In this document: positions 51,400 through 64,000 of the stretch, piece after piece
Numbering within the stretch: the first letter of the stretch is position 1
Layout: each line of letters opens with the position of its first letter
Assembly (NCBI GenBank): GCA_028534125.1
Contig: CM052816.1
Location: 25,608,001 to 25,672,000 of the forward strand
DNA: 64,000 bases
Direction: 5' to 3'
Origin: Lama glama
Lineage: Eukaryota
Notes under the pieces: model-generated
The model's database searches: none
The model's input: the letters and a program-made list of their open reading frames with translations, nothing else
Told to the model about the DNA's origin: nothing
Made by a program: the position numbers and the translations under genes

Positions 51400-54300
51400 C
51401 GGATCAAGCTTTATATTATTACATTATGTTCCACATTTTTCACAATGAGTGTAAACTGTATAGGGTGTCATCATCATTCAAGGCTTTATGTAAAATGTGA
51501 TTTTTTTGCTTCTTGAAATGTGGGTGGAAAAATAATAGAAATAATTTTTCATACACAGATAGCTGGCATTTGTGAATGCCTGCTAATTTGAGGAGGGAGG
51601 TGGGGAGAAACGGATGGAAGTAACAAAAATAATTTTGTCGAGGGCTGCAAGTGACATCCATTCAAACAATTGCTTTTTCAGAGTCCTCAGGCTTGTTTCT
51701 ATTCAGTGTTTGCTGAGCTTTAGGGAAGGCTGAATCCCACCATGGCAAACTGCCATCTTTGTCAGAGCAAAGAGCTGTTTACATTCAAGGCACATAAGAA
51801 GTACAATGTGAAGTAAGAAACAGTGTGAGTTCTATTACGGCTGATTAGTCCATTGTACACTGTTTCAACTAACATCTTCCTTGTGCTAAAAATAGTGCCA
51901 AGCCACGGGACCTCAGGCAGCATGAGCCATCGGTACTGTACTCTTTCACAAGACCGCCAACAAAAGCTGCCTCTAACTCCCCGGAAAAATAAAAGGGCCA
52001 CTTACTAGCTTCAGCGTCCTCCAAAAGATGTAGTTTATCTCAGCTGTTTGGAAACCTTGCAGAAAATGAGGTGTAGAGAATACACAGCTTCTAAAATGTG
52101 GGTCTGTCTTCTTGGTAACTTCCTTTTGTTGTTACGATATTTGACGTGAACATCATAAAAGTCAGTGGGTTGCTATTAAACTTGCATCCTCAGCTGTTGT
52201 TTAATCAAAGAAACAGTGGCATGAGTGCATATATTGACACACCGGGCATCAGTAGCCTAAATAAATTAATTAAATAAGTCTCTCTGTTGGAAATGACAGA
52301 AGGAGAAGGAAGTAGTATGAATAAACTGAGTCCCAGATCATTTCATCACAAAGTCAGTAGCTCTTCTCATTGAAGGGGAGCAAACAAACTGCTTTCCAGT
52401 CTCTTGAAATTCTGGAAGAATTTGCACTTCAGTAATCCCACATCCAGGGGCAATCTCTTAAGAACTCAGCATTACCAATCCTGAGACTCAATTGATAAGC
52501 ACACTCTCCCCACTCTCTCACCCCCGCCTCCCCCAGCATTAATCCTCTTAAAGATCGTACTAAGTAATGAAAGAGTGTGATGAAAGAACCCCACCCTTTT
52601 TATTACAGCCACACAAAATGCTTGTTGTAAATGTTTCATTAACAAACTGCTGGACTAGTATTTAATATCCTTGGCTTCCCCTCCCCCTGGACCCATTGGT
52701 AGGTGCTCCTTCGAGGAGCATGACTAAATGTGTGATTTACACATGTTTAAGAGAAACATTCCCACACTTGAATGCTGTTCCATGACAAAGGGTGGGGAGG
52801 GCCTGAGAGAGAGGTATTGAACCCATTGTCGACGTTTTAATTTACAGTTCCCCCTTCTTTATGGGCTTTAAAAGATGAATGACTTCCACCCACTTACCCG
52901 TTTATGTTTCATTTCTCAGGCTTCTTTCTAACTGCTGGTCTCTGTAAGTGCCCTTGGTGATATAATTTGAGGCTGGTCCTTTTGGAGACGTAGTTAGATG
53001 CTCTAATATTCTAAGAAAAGCAAGATGAATTCCAGTGTGTATCCACTGTGCAAAGAATCCTCTTCCAAACCACAGAGAGGCCAAAATAGATGACTTTACT
53101 TTGAATATGCCAAAAGATGCCTGATATTTTGGGGAAATATGCATCCTATGTTTTTTCTCTGGAGTTGTCTAATTAGAATCTGATGTTTATGTTCTTTAGC
53201 TAATCTAGTAAATCCTAACAGGATACGTGTATTATCTGATTTTTTAAATGTGGCATTTTGGTATAAAAATAAACTTGCCTTTGAGACAAGCAAGATATGC
53301 CGATGGCACGATGGATATGAATTAGTCAATATCCAGTAACAGAATGTATTGATGCAACTTGAAGATACAGAATCAGTCTCTTAAAAGCAGAGTTTAAGTT
53401 AAATCCTGAGAGAGGATTCATATCCAGATGAGTGCTATTGAGCCAAATCCTTAGAAAAAAACATTTCTATTGCTTTCCAGAAACTGTAGGCTTTGAAATT
53501 AATATAATAAAGAAACCACACACACTGACGTAGCCACTTTTTATTCGTGTCTTTGCCCTGGGTATCACTCATTTAACATCAGTTCACCATGAGCGTCGGG
53601 ACATAGATGAAGTCACTCGGTTTGGGTCAGAACCACCTTTGGTCAGTGTGTGTAGTTGTGTCTTTAGCACAACCATGGTCTGGTTTCAAAGTGAATAGAT
53701 TCATTTAGATCAACAATGCCCTGGAGGATAAATGCTTAAATGTATTCAACCTTAGAAGAGCTGAAAACATCAATACCTTCATAAAGCCACTTTGATTTGT
53801 ATTGACTCCGGTTGTGCTGCTAATTCATATACATCATTGTTTACTTCACAGCGCTTTTAACATGACTTTTGATTTATAAAAATCATGATTCAATTTCTCC
53901 CAAGAAGTGGCGAGCTCAGACCTCCCCATCTGATATGACACAATTGAAAGAGGAACTCTCTTGTCACAGCATTAATAAATTGCCGTATAACAGTTTATGT
54001 GCATTTAAAAAAATTTTTGTGGTAACGGGTAACAGCAAAGTAGATTGCCCAAATAAGGGCAGTCAGTTATCTAAGCATGTTATTAATGTGTTCACAGCAA
54101 AACCATTGATTTATAGTGGGGTGAAGTCTACAAGCTAGATGCATTTCCCGCTCAGAAAATCTGTGTTAAGCGAAGGAGCAAATTCACTGGACAAGGCCAT
54201 GTCCTGTCATTTGTTTAGAGCCAAGCCCTAAGAGACTTTTATGTGTAGGAAACACGAGGACACATTACATATCAGCATAACTAATATCCCCTGTTCCATG

Positions 54301-55400
54301 AAAATAATACTGTCGGCCTCTCATAGGAGTTTCAGTTTTGTTTGTTTGACGCTATGTACAGTGGAGACTCAAAACTCTTTTCTAGCACTTCTTTGATTTC
54401 TAAGCCACTTAAATAAATGGCTTTAAACCAAGCCAGTGGGCTTACGTGACCAGATCTGGATTTTGTTTAGTTTATTGGTTAGTTCCCAAATTTAAGTCAG
54501 GATTGAAATATTTTGGATCTTCTTTTGTTGAAGTCTTATCCAGAGGTGCATTTGAACAAAGGTGTTGGTTTTATCAAGAAGAACATTCACATGAGGTCCT
54601 GGATTCAATCCCCAGTACCTCCATTAAAAAAATAAAAATAAATAAAATTTATTTAAAAAGAAAGAATAATGTTCATTCCTCAAAATGTTGCCTGAAAATA
54701 ATATTGAAGCAGACAAAAAATTCAGACTCTAAGGAGACAAAATGGTGACAGGAGAACTGGTGTTCCTTTTTTCTCTGGTAAAGATGAGCCGGGACACAAC
54801 ATATCTGTGGCTCCAGAAAAATTCGCAGTTCTGATGGAGATAAACTTAGAAAGCCTCGACAGCCCAGACTCGTCAGCATCTCACAGTTAATTAAAGAAGT
54901 GAGTGAAGGCATCAAGGCTGGCTCCCATCTGCCTGAATAATTCACCGCCTGTATCCATTATTAAAACCCGCTACTTCACCGCAATGCTTCCCAGCTCGAG
55001 ATGGATTGGTCTCAGAACCAAGAGATAAATTGTAACAAGGCCTACAGCTATATTAATAAATTGAAATGAACATTTATTTGCTCATCTAATTAGAACTGTA
55101 GTTTTTCCAAATAGTGTAGTCATGCATTACCTTGACAGGCAGCCCTCCCTACCTTTTGTGAGATCAAATGAACAAGAGGGCTTTGCCTCAGATTTGGGGT
55201 TTCTCTGCATAAAAAATCCTTTGGTCTCCGCTGTTCTTTTAAACCATTCACTCCATCACTATGCTCCGCCGATCCTATCTCTCCAGGATTGATGGGAGCT
55301 TAGCTTTTGAGGTACTTCGTCAGAGCGCTGCAAAGAATCGCGCATATCGAACGCGCATTCCTCTTTTGTCCTGTCTCTTTTTAAAGGGTTGCGGGAGGAA
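51400..55400. promoter_or_regulatory. Repeat-poor block, putative conserved non-coding enhancer cluster
   Basis: About 4 kb with only one short SINE; dense TAAT/TTAATTAA, SOX-like CATTGT/ACAAAG, TGATTTAC/TGATTTAT motifs and retained CpGs. Confidence 0.4.
54590..54660 (+). mobile_element. 5'-truncated camelid SINE
   Basis: catgaggtcctggattcaatccccagtacctcca plus A-rich tail. Confidence 0.8.
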
Positions 55401-55469
55401 AAAAGAGAATGGAAAGGTTTTCCCTGCCCCCTCCCTGTCTCCAGTTCCCTTCATTAGGAGGACAAAGCC

Positions 55470-55670
55470 TTAGAGCTGAGGTTCACAGAGTCTATGCCCG
55501 GGTTTGATTCCTGACTCAGTCACTAACTGGTGTGTAACCTCAGTTTCTTCCTCTGAAAAATGAAAGTAATAATATCCATTTTCGTGGGCTCCATATGAAG
55601 TTTCTAGAGGTTGTCTGTAAAGGGTGGAACCCACAGTAGCCTCCTGTCAATGACAAGTGCTGTTATTATT
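55470..55670 (+). mobile_element. MIR SINE
   Basis: gcccggggtttgattcctgactcagtcactaactggtgtgtaacctcagtttcttcctctgaaaaatgaaagtaataata. Confidence 0.7.
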
Positions 55671-55727
55671 CAACAGTTCTTACCTTCCCCTGTTTGCAAA
55701 TACTTTATAATAAAAGTTCTTTATAAC

Positions 55728-55875
55728 GGGGGAAAGGTATAGCTCAGTGGTAGGGCACATGCTTAGCAGGCATGAGATCTTGGGTTCAATCCCCAGCACC
55801 TGCACTAAAAAAATTTTTTAATATGTAAATAAATAAACCTAATTACTACCCCCCCCAGAAAACAGAAAAAAATAC
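55728..55875 (+). mobile_element. Camelid tRNA-Ala-derived SINE (Vic-1 type)
   Basis: ggggaaaggtatagctcagtggtagggcacatgcttagcaggcatgagatcttgggttcaatccccagcacctgca...aaataaacctaattactacccccc plus A tail. Confidence 0.9.
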
Positions 55876-56066
55876 TTTTCCTTATATTGCTATGCCACAA
55901 TAGTCATGTTTATCCTTCAGAAATTGAGAGCTTAGCTACATTATATAAAGACTGCGCCATGTGAACGTGATGAGTGATTTTTTAATCTAAAGTATTTCCA
56001 TAGCAGAAGTCCAGGCTCCTCCCGCTAGATCATAAAGCCTCAATGACAGATTCACAGATAAGTGAG

Positions 56067-56855
56067 TATCAGCTCCCTTCATCTATTCTTCACCTCGCAG
56101 ATAAGGTAGGAAATTAGCGACAGTTTCTTCCTTGGCAGGTTCTGGCCAGGACTGCATCATTAGAAGAAATAGTATTAGACATAGTTTGAGAGGAAGGGCA
56201 GTTCTTATTTTTCTCCAGTGAATTCTGAAAACTGCTGAATAAGACAAACTTCACCAAGTTTCTGTCTTCTCCCTTTACTAGCGGAGGGCCTAGGAAATAG
56301 TGGCTCATAGGACATAGCTCGGTAATTGGTTTTTTACCATAATGATCAGTATCATTGTTTTGAAGACCCTACGAAATAAACATTTTTCTTTTGTGACCTA
56401 TGACACCCTGAGGCATACAGAGGTTAGAGAAGTCGGCCCTCTTCTTGATTTTACACAACCTTCAAATTCAAATCCATGCTCCTGCAGACTTCAACCTTGT
56501 GATCCCTGGAAAGGAATGTACTCTTTTTGTTTTTTTCTTTAAATTAGCAGAAATGGTACTTAACACATACTTGTTGGAAATTTAAGGTCCAGGTGATTGA
56601 GCACTTTTCCCTTAATAAAGGGGGAAATTTAACAAATTAATGTCTAGGTTGCCAAAAGAAATATCAGCGCCCTTCATCTGTTCTTTACCTCGCAGTTAAG
56701 GTAGGAAATCAGTGATGGTTTCTTCCTTGGCAGGTTCTGGCTAGGACAGCATCATTAGAAAGAATAGTATTAGACATAGTTTGAGAGAAAGGGCAGTTCT
56801 CATTTTTCTCCAGTTAATTCTAAAAACTGCTGAATTAGACAAATTTCACTAAGTT
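56067..56855 (+). repeat. Local direct duplication, 194-bp units at 56067-56260 and 56662-56855
   Basis: Ungapped alignment with 19 mismatches by hand count (~90% identity), separated by ~400 bp of unrelated sequence. Confidence 0.95.
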
Positions 56856-57149
56856 GGAAACCCTTTCTGAAAGTAGAATTTAAGGAAAAAAGGAAAATAG
56901 TTTGCAAGGTATTAAATACATTCCTGAAAGATCTGATTGATGGTGCTCTTTTATGGTGGCTTTGCTTGTGGGGCAAGAGTACAAATTAAATAAATCGGTG
57001 TCAAGTTGTATGTTATCTAAACAAATACAGTATTTTGTCTTGCAGCCGGCTCTTAATATAAAACAAAGGGAAGTAGGATTCACTTTAGACGCTCGTTCAG
57101 TAATTCCTTAGGCTGTATACTCAATGGAATGTTTAAAGACAATATATAT

Positions 57150-57570
57150 TAGGACAGAATTATTTCTATAGGTTTTAATAACTTTTTAAAATTTAAAACG
57201 AATGCGAATTTAAGGTACAACCAATCTACTATTTAGTTGTAAACATTATGAATAACTGCTTGCCTATGCTTCCAGAAACTTCCATGCATTTAGAGTTGTA
57301 TGTATATGCTCCCTGCTTTGTTTGATGTTACACAAACGAACTGGAACTATATATATATTTGTTTTATAATTTTCTAAATTTTAATGTATCTTGAATATCT
57401 TTCCACATGGATCTATCTCCTGATTTTAAGTGTTGCAGAATTTTTTTTTTGTTTTCTAGCATAGATATACTATATTTTATTTAACTAGTCCCCTGTAGAT
57501 GGATATTTAAGTTGCTTAAAATTTTCTGGTATTGTAAATACTACATCAGTGAATATCCTTGTAGCAGCAT
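57150..57570 (-). mobile_element. Old L1ME-type fragment
   Basis: atcttgaatatctttccacatgg...tatttaactagtcccctgtagatggatatttaagttgctt...ttgtaaatactacatcagtgaatatccttgta. Confidence 0.65.
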
Positions 57571-58289
57571 ATTCATTCAGATAATGTTTAAGTCAATTAA
57601 TCCCCCCCATGTGTGATTCAAAAAAGTGACTAACAAAAATTTTCTTCAAAATTCAGATTTTTTAAAAAGATTTTTCCACTGTTTAATAAGATCCTTCTAT
57701 AAGTTAAGGAATACAAGTAAAATCTAGTGAAGTCACAGTGAATTATTTCTTTTTAACAATTAGCTATGAATTATATTCATTTAATGGCAGTTATGCCATT
57801 TGACAAATGTAGTGTCCATTCATTGATTAGAGGATTAGCAGTGCTGCTCATTCAAAACAGAATGAAATGTCCCAGGCTGCCTGATCTGAACTCAGTCAAA
57901 GCAATAGAGTTGCTGGGAACATAATTTCAGAGGCTAATTACAACTAAATCTTGAGACATTTCCACTCTCTTAGATATCTTCAGAAAATTTTTTTAGATTC
58001 TATTTTTCCTGATTGGAATTGCCAGAGAACATTCCAACACCACAACCCTTTGGCCTAATGGAAGAGCCAAATGTAAATACAAAGTATTGCTATCTTATTA
58101 AAGTGACATTAGGTTGGTTTTTTTGTTTGTTTTTTGTTTTTTTATGGAACTATGAAAAATTTAAGGTTGGCGTAGGCAGCTTTTAAAAGCTGGATTTTCA
58201 GGAGACCAGAAGAGGAAAGCAAAAGTATGGTCTTCAGCTTACAATGGCTTCCTCTTGAGGCAAAGGAGAAGTTTGATGTTCAACCTTAC

Positions 58290-58722
58290 AAGAGAGGCAG
58301 CATCAGTTCTTCCCCCCTCCCACTGTCGTGGAGCCATGGCTTTTAGCTGAGTGCATGGTGGCCCAGATTAAAGACCTCGTGAATGGGGGTGGCCATAAAA
58401 CTAAATTCTGTCTGGTAAGTTACGTGCAGAAATAATGTGTGCAACTTCCAGAGTATGCCTTTAAAGGGAAGACAGTACCCTCTCCTTCCCCCTCTTCCCT
58501 TTCCTGCCTGCTGAAATGCCCGAGTGATTGGGAATTGTCTTGGGTAACTGCAACAAGGAGATTCAGAAGCAGCGAGGTAGAAACGTAGCCTGGAGTCACA
58601 TACTTGATGGCTTTCCTGCTTACACTTGGACGATTACAGGAGAGAAAATTATGCTCCTGGTTCTCTTTTACATTATATTTGGAGTTTTTTTTTTTCCCAG
58701 CAATCAGACATGTATCTTAACT
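58290..58722 (+). mobile_element. Degenerate MaLR (MLT1) LTR
   Basis: ggtggccataaaactaaattctgtc...gcagaaataatgtgtgcaacttccag...ctttcctgcctgctgaaatg...atcttaacta. Confidence 0.5.
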
Positions 58723-61579
58723 ATCAAAAGGCTCCAAATTTTGAGATTCTCAGACAACTTAGACTACAGGTCTAGGGAAAAGCTCTTCTCTTAGGAGTCC
58801 TGTGTTTTCTTCCACTTTTGTTTATGGACTGTTCATCTCCTGAGTTAGTTTGTCTCTCCCTTAGGTCTTGGTTAAAAGCAGTGAGAAGAGTCCTGCACAT
58901 GCCAACATTCAGTATTATTTAGAAGTCAGTAGACAGCTTTCCTAGAGTCTGAACAAATATTTTGCCCTGTTTAATATGAACCAGCCAGCTGTACCCCCTG
59001 CAGTACTGCCCTGACTGTCCCACCTCTTCCAGAAAGCAAGTTAAACCTTTTAGACTCTATTATTTGAAGCATTCTTTCTTACCCACACCCTCCGCCAGTT
59101 CTGATACCATATTCTAGTTTAGTTAGGAATTCCATTTGGCTGTGCAAATCAGAGACCTGAAAATTAGTAACTTAATTTAGAGGAAGAGAGAGGAATGCCT
59201 TTTTTAAGAAGTCCCAGGCACCTAGATCTGTGATTCGGTTCACTTTTTCCCCCACCATCTACTGCACAATGGCTAGTTGTTTCCAGCTACTGTAGGGGAA
59301 CACACAAGAACAAGACTTTTGCCTCTCAGCTGCTTCCGTCCTGTTTTAAGTAGCTTTGAGTAACTTGCCAATACCATTGGCCAGATGTGTGTTATCTGAT
59401 CATCTCTAACTGCGAAGAAGGCTGGGACTGTGGCTTTCTAATCTGAGCACAGAGCCACTTCCTCCAAATTAGGATTTGGACTGTCAACCAAAGTTAAAAC
59501 AGAAGGCTGTTTTATATTACAGTGGGTCCTGATCCATTCTAAAATTGTGATATGTTGATGGTTTATTCCAGTGAAAGATTTTGTGGTCTCCCAATCCCAA
59601 AAATATACATCCCGCCTTTGTATTTCTATAAATATTTATCAAGATATTAAAGCTCCCATAAATGAAATGCTTTCATCAGTAGAGTCTGTCCATCTTTACT
59701 AAGAAAGGCTAAAAAGGCATATATTACCCAGGTAGTGTGACTCATGATCACACTTCAGAAATAACAGTGCAACATGTGAAAAGGCCGTTGGTGCCCAGCA
59801 CGCTCTTTTCTGGGAGGCTGCTTCTTTGGCACAACAGCAGTGGCTCTTGTGTGCTTAAAGGAGCATGTCAGAACTGCTTTCTGAAAGAGAGACAAGAGAA
59901 GGGAAGGAAAAGGAAAAGGAAAAAAAGGAGCATCAGACTAAGTGACATGACTGGGTTAGGGAAGCTAATCATACTCTTTCTCCGGGAAACCCTGGGAGCT
60001 GTAGAGAAGAATTTAAATAAAACATGCTGTGTCTCCAGCCCGCTGTTAGTGATGTTCTTTGGTCACTATCATTTTTATCCTTCTGGGAATTCAATTTGTC
60101 CCTATTATGCCAAGGTCACGGATTGAGGGGTCTTAGTGGCCATCAGGGCTCTGCCTTTGAAGCAAAGGGTCAGTGCATTAGTACAAAAGGGAATTAATCC
60201 AGTGTGCAGGCTCACCAAACGGTGGTTAATTCATTTAAAAGGAATGACCAGGGTTCCTATTCTAGGTTTCCATCTGGACAATCAGAAGCCTCCTTTCTCC
60301 CAAACAAGGACTTCATTAATGAATATTCAACGGAAAGTATTACTTCATTGTCAGCTCTAATTGCTAGTTTTACCTTATTAGTAGAAGCATTTCTGTGGCT
60401 GAGCCTGACATACATTTGTTTGCACACTGTTATTAGTCAAGACTCAGTGAAGTCTTGTAATTAACACCTCCACATTATCTCATGCAGTGAAAGCAAAGAC
60501 AAAACCAGATGACTCACTTTGTTTTAGCTTTGCTCTTGTTTTCTGATATAGAGGCACTTAAGGCGAAGTGTAAGCTCATCAGAATGCCATATGGAGCCAA
60601 CAGAAACCATAAAAGGGTTTTCAGGAAGCAGGGCATAGAAGTTCATTAAGTGAGCGACACTACAGTCACCATGCTGATTTAAAACTCTACCTGGCAGTAA
60701 TAAATTGCACAGGTACATTACCTGCATCACACTTAGGAACCATTCCAGGTCACTGATGAAGGATCCACAGTTTCCAAGAAACAGGGAAGGTAACATATTC
60801 TCTGTAAATATAATGAAGTTAATGATTCACAGAACAATTAAATAGCTTTCAGAAACCTTATCAGTTTAGAGATAAAGTGGATCAAGACAATAACTGTATT
60901 TTAATCATTACTGCCATTAAGAACAGTGTGTCTAGAAACTGGCTCCCAGCAGCTTATAACTGATATTTCCGTGGAAAATGGGGAGGGGTTGGGGGCAGAA
61001 TGTCAACAGTTCATATTTCAGTTTTATATTTGGAAAGAGAGCTTTTTCTAAATGCCTCTGTTAAAAAAAAATAAAAACTCCTAGCAAAAGAGATTTTAAA
61101 AATCAGGATATCATCCTGACTTTTTCAGTGAATTTATAAAAAGTCTAATTGTTTAATTTTATTTTTAAATGCAAAAATAAAACACCAAACCTTAACAGAG
61201 AGAAATACCATCATCTGAAAGTTTAGCAATTGATTCTGCAAAATCTGTCATGGTTTAAAAGAAAGAATTGCTTATTTACTGCTTGCAAATACTTCTTTCC
61301 TAAGACAATATAAACAAAGTAAAAAGCAACTACAGTTGGAAAGAGGAATAATATATAAGCAGTGGCACAGAAATTCGAAAGTATTCCCAAAGCCATGAAT
61401 AATCTGGCTATTAAGTTACAATTTCTGTTATACACAACTTGTCCTGGCTGAATGGTCAAACAGCAAATTGTGTCTTCAAATGAAAACAGGCCCCAAATTT
61501 TAATGGACCCGTCTGTACTAAATTTCCGATATTACAAATCTATCCATTAGAAAGAAACAAGAATGAGCTTCTCATGCCA

Positions 61580-63195
61580 CCTAAAGCAATCCACACATTC
61601 AGTGCTATCCTTGTCAAAATTTCAATGGCAATTTTACAGAAATAGTACAAACTATTGTAAAATGTGCATAGAACCACAAAAGACCCTGAATAACCAAAAC
61701 AATCTTTAGAAAGATTGCTGGAGGCATCATGCTCACTGATTTCAATTTATATCACAAAGCTGTAGTAATCGAAACAGTATGGCTTGGGCACCAAAACAGA
61801 CACCTAGATCAATGGAACAGAACAGAGAACCCAGAAATAAACCCATGCTTATGTAGTCAGTTAATCATTAACAAAAAAGCCAAGAATATACAATGGAGAA
61901 ATAATAGTCTCTCCATTAAATGATGGGAAAACTGGACCACTGTCTTATACCATACACAAAAATTAGCTCAAAAGGAATTAAGATTTGAATATAAGACCTG
62001 AAACCATAAATTCCTAGAAGAAAACACAGGTGGTAAACTACTTGACATCAGTCTTTAGGATGATTTTTTGGATCTGACTCCAGAAGCAAAGGCTACAAAA
62101 GCAAAAATAAACAAGTGGGAAGATAGTAAAACTAAAAACCTTCTACACAGCCAAGAAAACCATCAACAAAATGAAAAGGCAACCTACAGAATGGGAGAAA
62201 ATATTCGCATATCTTACATTGAATAGGAACTAATATCCGAAATATATAAAGAACTCATCCAATTAACAACAACAACAGAAACAACCCAATTAAAAAATGG
62301 GCAGAGAATCTGAAAAAACATCTTCCCAAAAAGACATACAGGTAGTCAACTGGTACATGAAAAGATACTCAGTCTAACTGATCATCTGGGAAATGTAAAT
62401 CAAAACACAATGAGATATCTCCTCATACCTGTTTGAAGGGCTATTATCAAAAAGATAAGAAATAACAAATGTTGGCAAGGATGTGGAAAAAAGGGAACCA
62501 TTGTGGAAATGCAGACTGGTGCAGTCACTATGGAAAGCAGTATGGTGGTGTCTCAAAAATCTAAAAATAAAACTACCATATGATCCAGCAATTCCACTAC
62601 TGGGTATTTATCCAAAGATAAATGAAAACTTATAATATGCATCCTCATGTTAACTGCAGCATTATTTACAATAGGCAAGACATGGAAATAGCCTAAGTAT
62701 ACACTGATGGATGAATGAATAAAGAAAATGTGAGCTAGAGAGATGGACAGATGGATACATAGGTAGATTCACACACATGCATACCTACATGTATATGTAT
62801 GCAATTCAGCCATAAAAAGAATAAAATAGTGCCATTTTTGAAAGCATGAATGAACATTATGTTAAGTGAGTTAAGTCAGACAGAAAGACAAATACTGTAT
62901 GATCACATTTACTTGTGGCATCTTTAAAAAAAAAATAGAGTTCATGGATACAGAAAACAGATTAGTGGTTGCCAGAGGCATGGGTCGGGGTTGGGGGTGA
63001 TGAGCAAAATGAGCGAAGACGGTTGCTAAGAGAATAAATCTTAAAAGTTCTCATCACAAGGGAAAAAACCCTGGCTGAGGATGGATGTTAACTAGCCTTA
63101 CTGTGATGATCATTTCACAGTATATATCGAATCATTATGTTGTACACCTGACACTAATATAATGTTATGTCCATTACAGTTCATTTTTTAAAAAT
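61580..63195 (+). mobile_element. L1 (L1MA-type) ORF2 3' part and 3' UTR
   Basis: ORF 61729..61923 (LTDFNLYHKAVVIETVWLGHQNRHLDQWNRTENPEINP) is ORF2p; followed by aaaatgaaaaggcaacctacagaatgggagaaaatatt, ccatatgatccagcaattccactactgggtatt and the 3' end cattatgttgtacacctgacactaatataatgttatgtc. Confidence 0.92.
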
Positions 63196-64000
63196 TGAAT
63201 GCCCACAAGTTGCCTGGCTCCTCTGGAAACACTGCTCCTGGGCTTGTAACTGACTAGGCCACGAGGAAGAGGCCCTTTTATACTATACATGGCGTTTTAC
63301 GTTGTCACTCTTAGATCCCAGTCACAGCTCGTGCAATATTGGTTTCTCATTCTGTGCCTGTACCTGGGCTGATGTAAATGACTGTGTTACAAGTGTTCCT
63401 ACATCCATGTGATTTGAGAAAATTACTAACCTCAGCAGCTTCATCTCTGAGATCCCAGGGGTGCTCTCCCAACTCCAGGAGACAAGTCTCTTTTGAAACC
63501 AGCTGAGGTTTCAGGGGACAGGGCTTTGGCTGTCTATCTGTATTTAACCTCTGCCTAAAAACACCACCATGGAAACATTTTCACATTCATGCCACTGTGC
63601 AGGTTTTGGCAATAGATGGCTACTTTGCCCTCCTGGTACAGTGTGGGCCCTATGGCACCAGAAGAGCACAGTCTGAAAATAGAAACACGGACTGTTTCGT
63701 GGCCATTGAATAGGAAGGCTAATAATAGCATTGTTTCATTGTTTGGCAGGGACTCAAGGCTACCCTAGCCAAGGAGCAGCACACACTACAGTAACCAAAT
63801 CATAAAACTTCTCCAGGGAATAGTGCAGCTTTTCAGAACATGTTTTATATTCTAGGATTGCTCGGGAAGGAAATAGTTTGGAAGTTGTTTTGACATCAGC
63901 GTGGTTTGTTTCCAAGTTGAAGGCAGGGGGGTGGGTAGGGGGCGGCTGAAGAGATGAGCCAGGAGGTCTGTGGCAGAAGGGATGCAAAAATGTGTGGTTA

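Overview
Mammalian nuclear DNA, AT-rich and mostly non-coding. It is very likely camelid (alpaca/llama/camel), because it carries four copies of the tRNA-Ala-derived camelid SINE (Vic-1 type) and young L1 3' ends. I find no intact protein-coding gene, and almost all ORF-track entries are noise or L1 ORF2 remnants. Supportable content: (1) a near full-length, decayed RPS6 processed pseudogene on the minus strand (~48695-49503), inserted into an old L1ME fragment; (2) many interspersed repeats (L1, L2, MIR, ERV1/MaLR solo LTRs, a Tigger1 derivative, MER5A); (3) a small CpG-enriched promoter-like element at ~38.7-39.1 kb, followed on the minus strand by a series of exon-like segments with canonical splice sites and stop/frameshift-riddled, protein-like translations, running to about position 284 and probably out of the window. 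This is a candidate unitary pseudogene or spliced lncRNA that I cannot name, and the most interesting lead here; (4) repeat-poor, homeodomain/SOX/POU-motif-rich blocks that look like conserved enhancers; (5) an orphan ~310-bp retroposed insert with TSDs inside an LTR, and a 194-bp ungapped local duplication. Repeat subfamily names come from remembered consensus sequences and boundaries are approximate; no database search was run.
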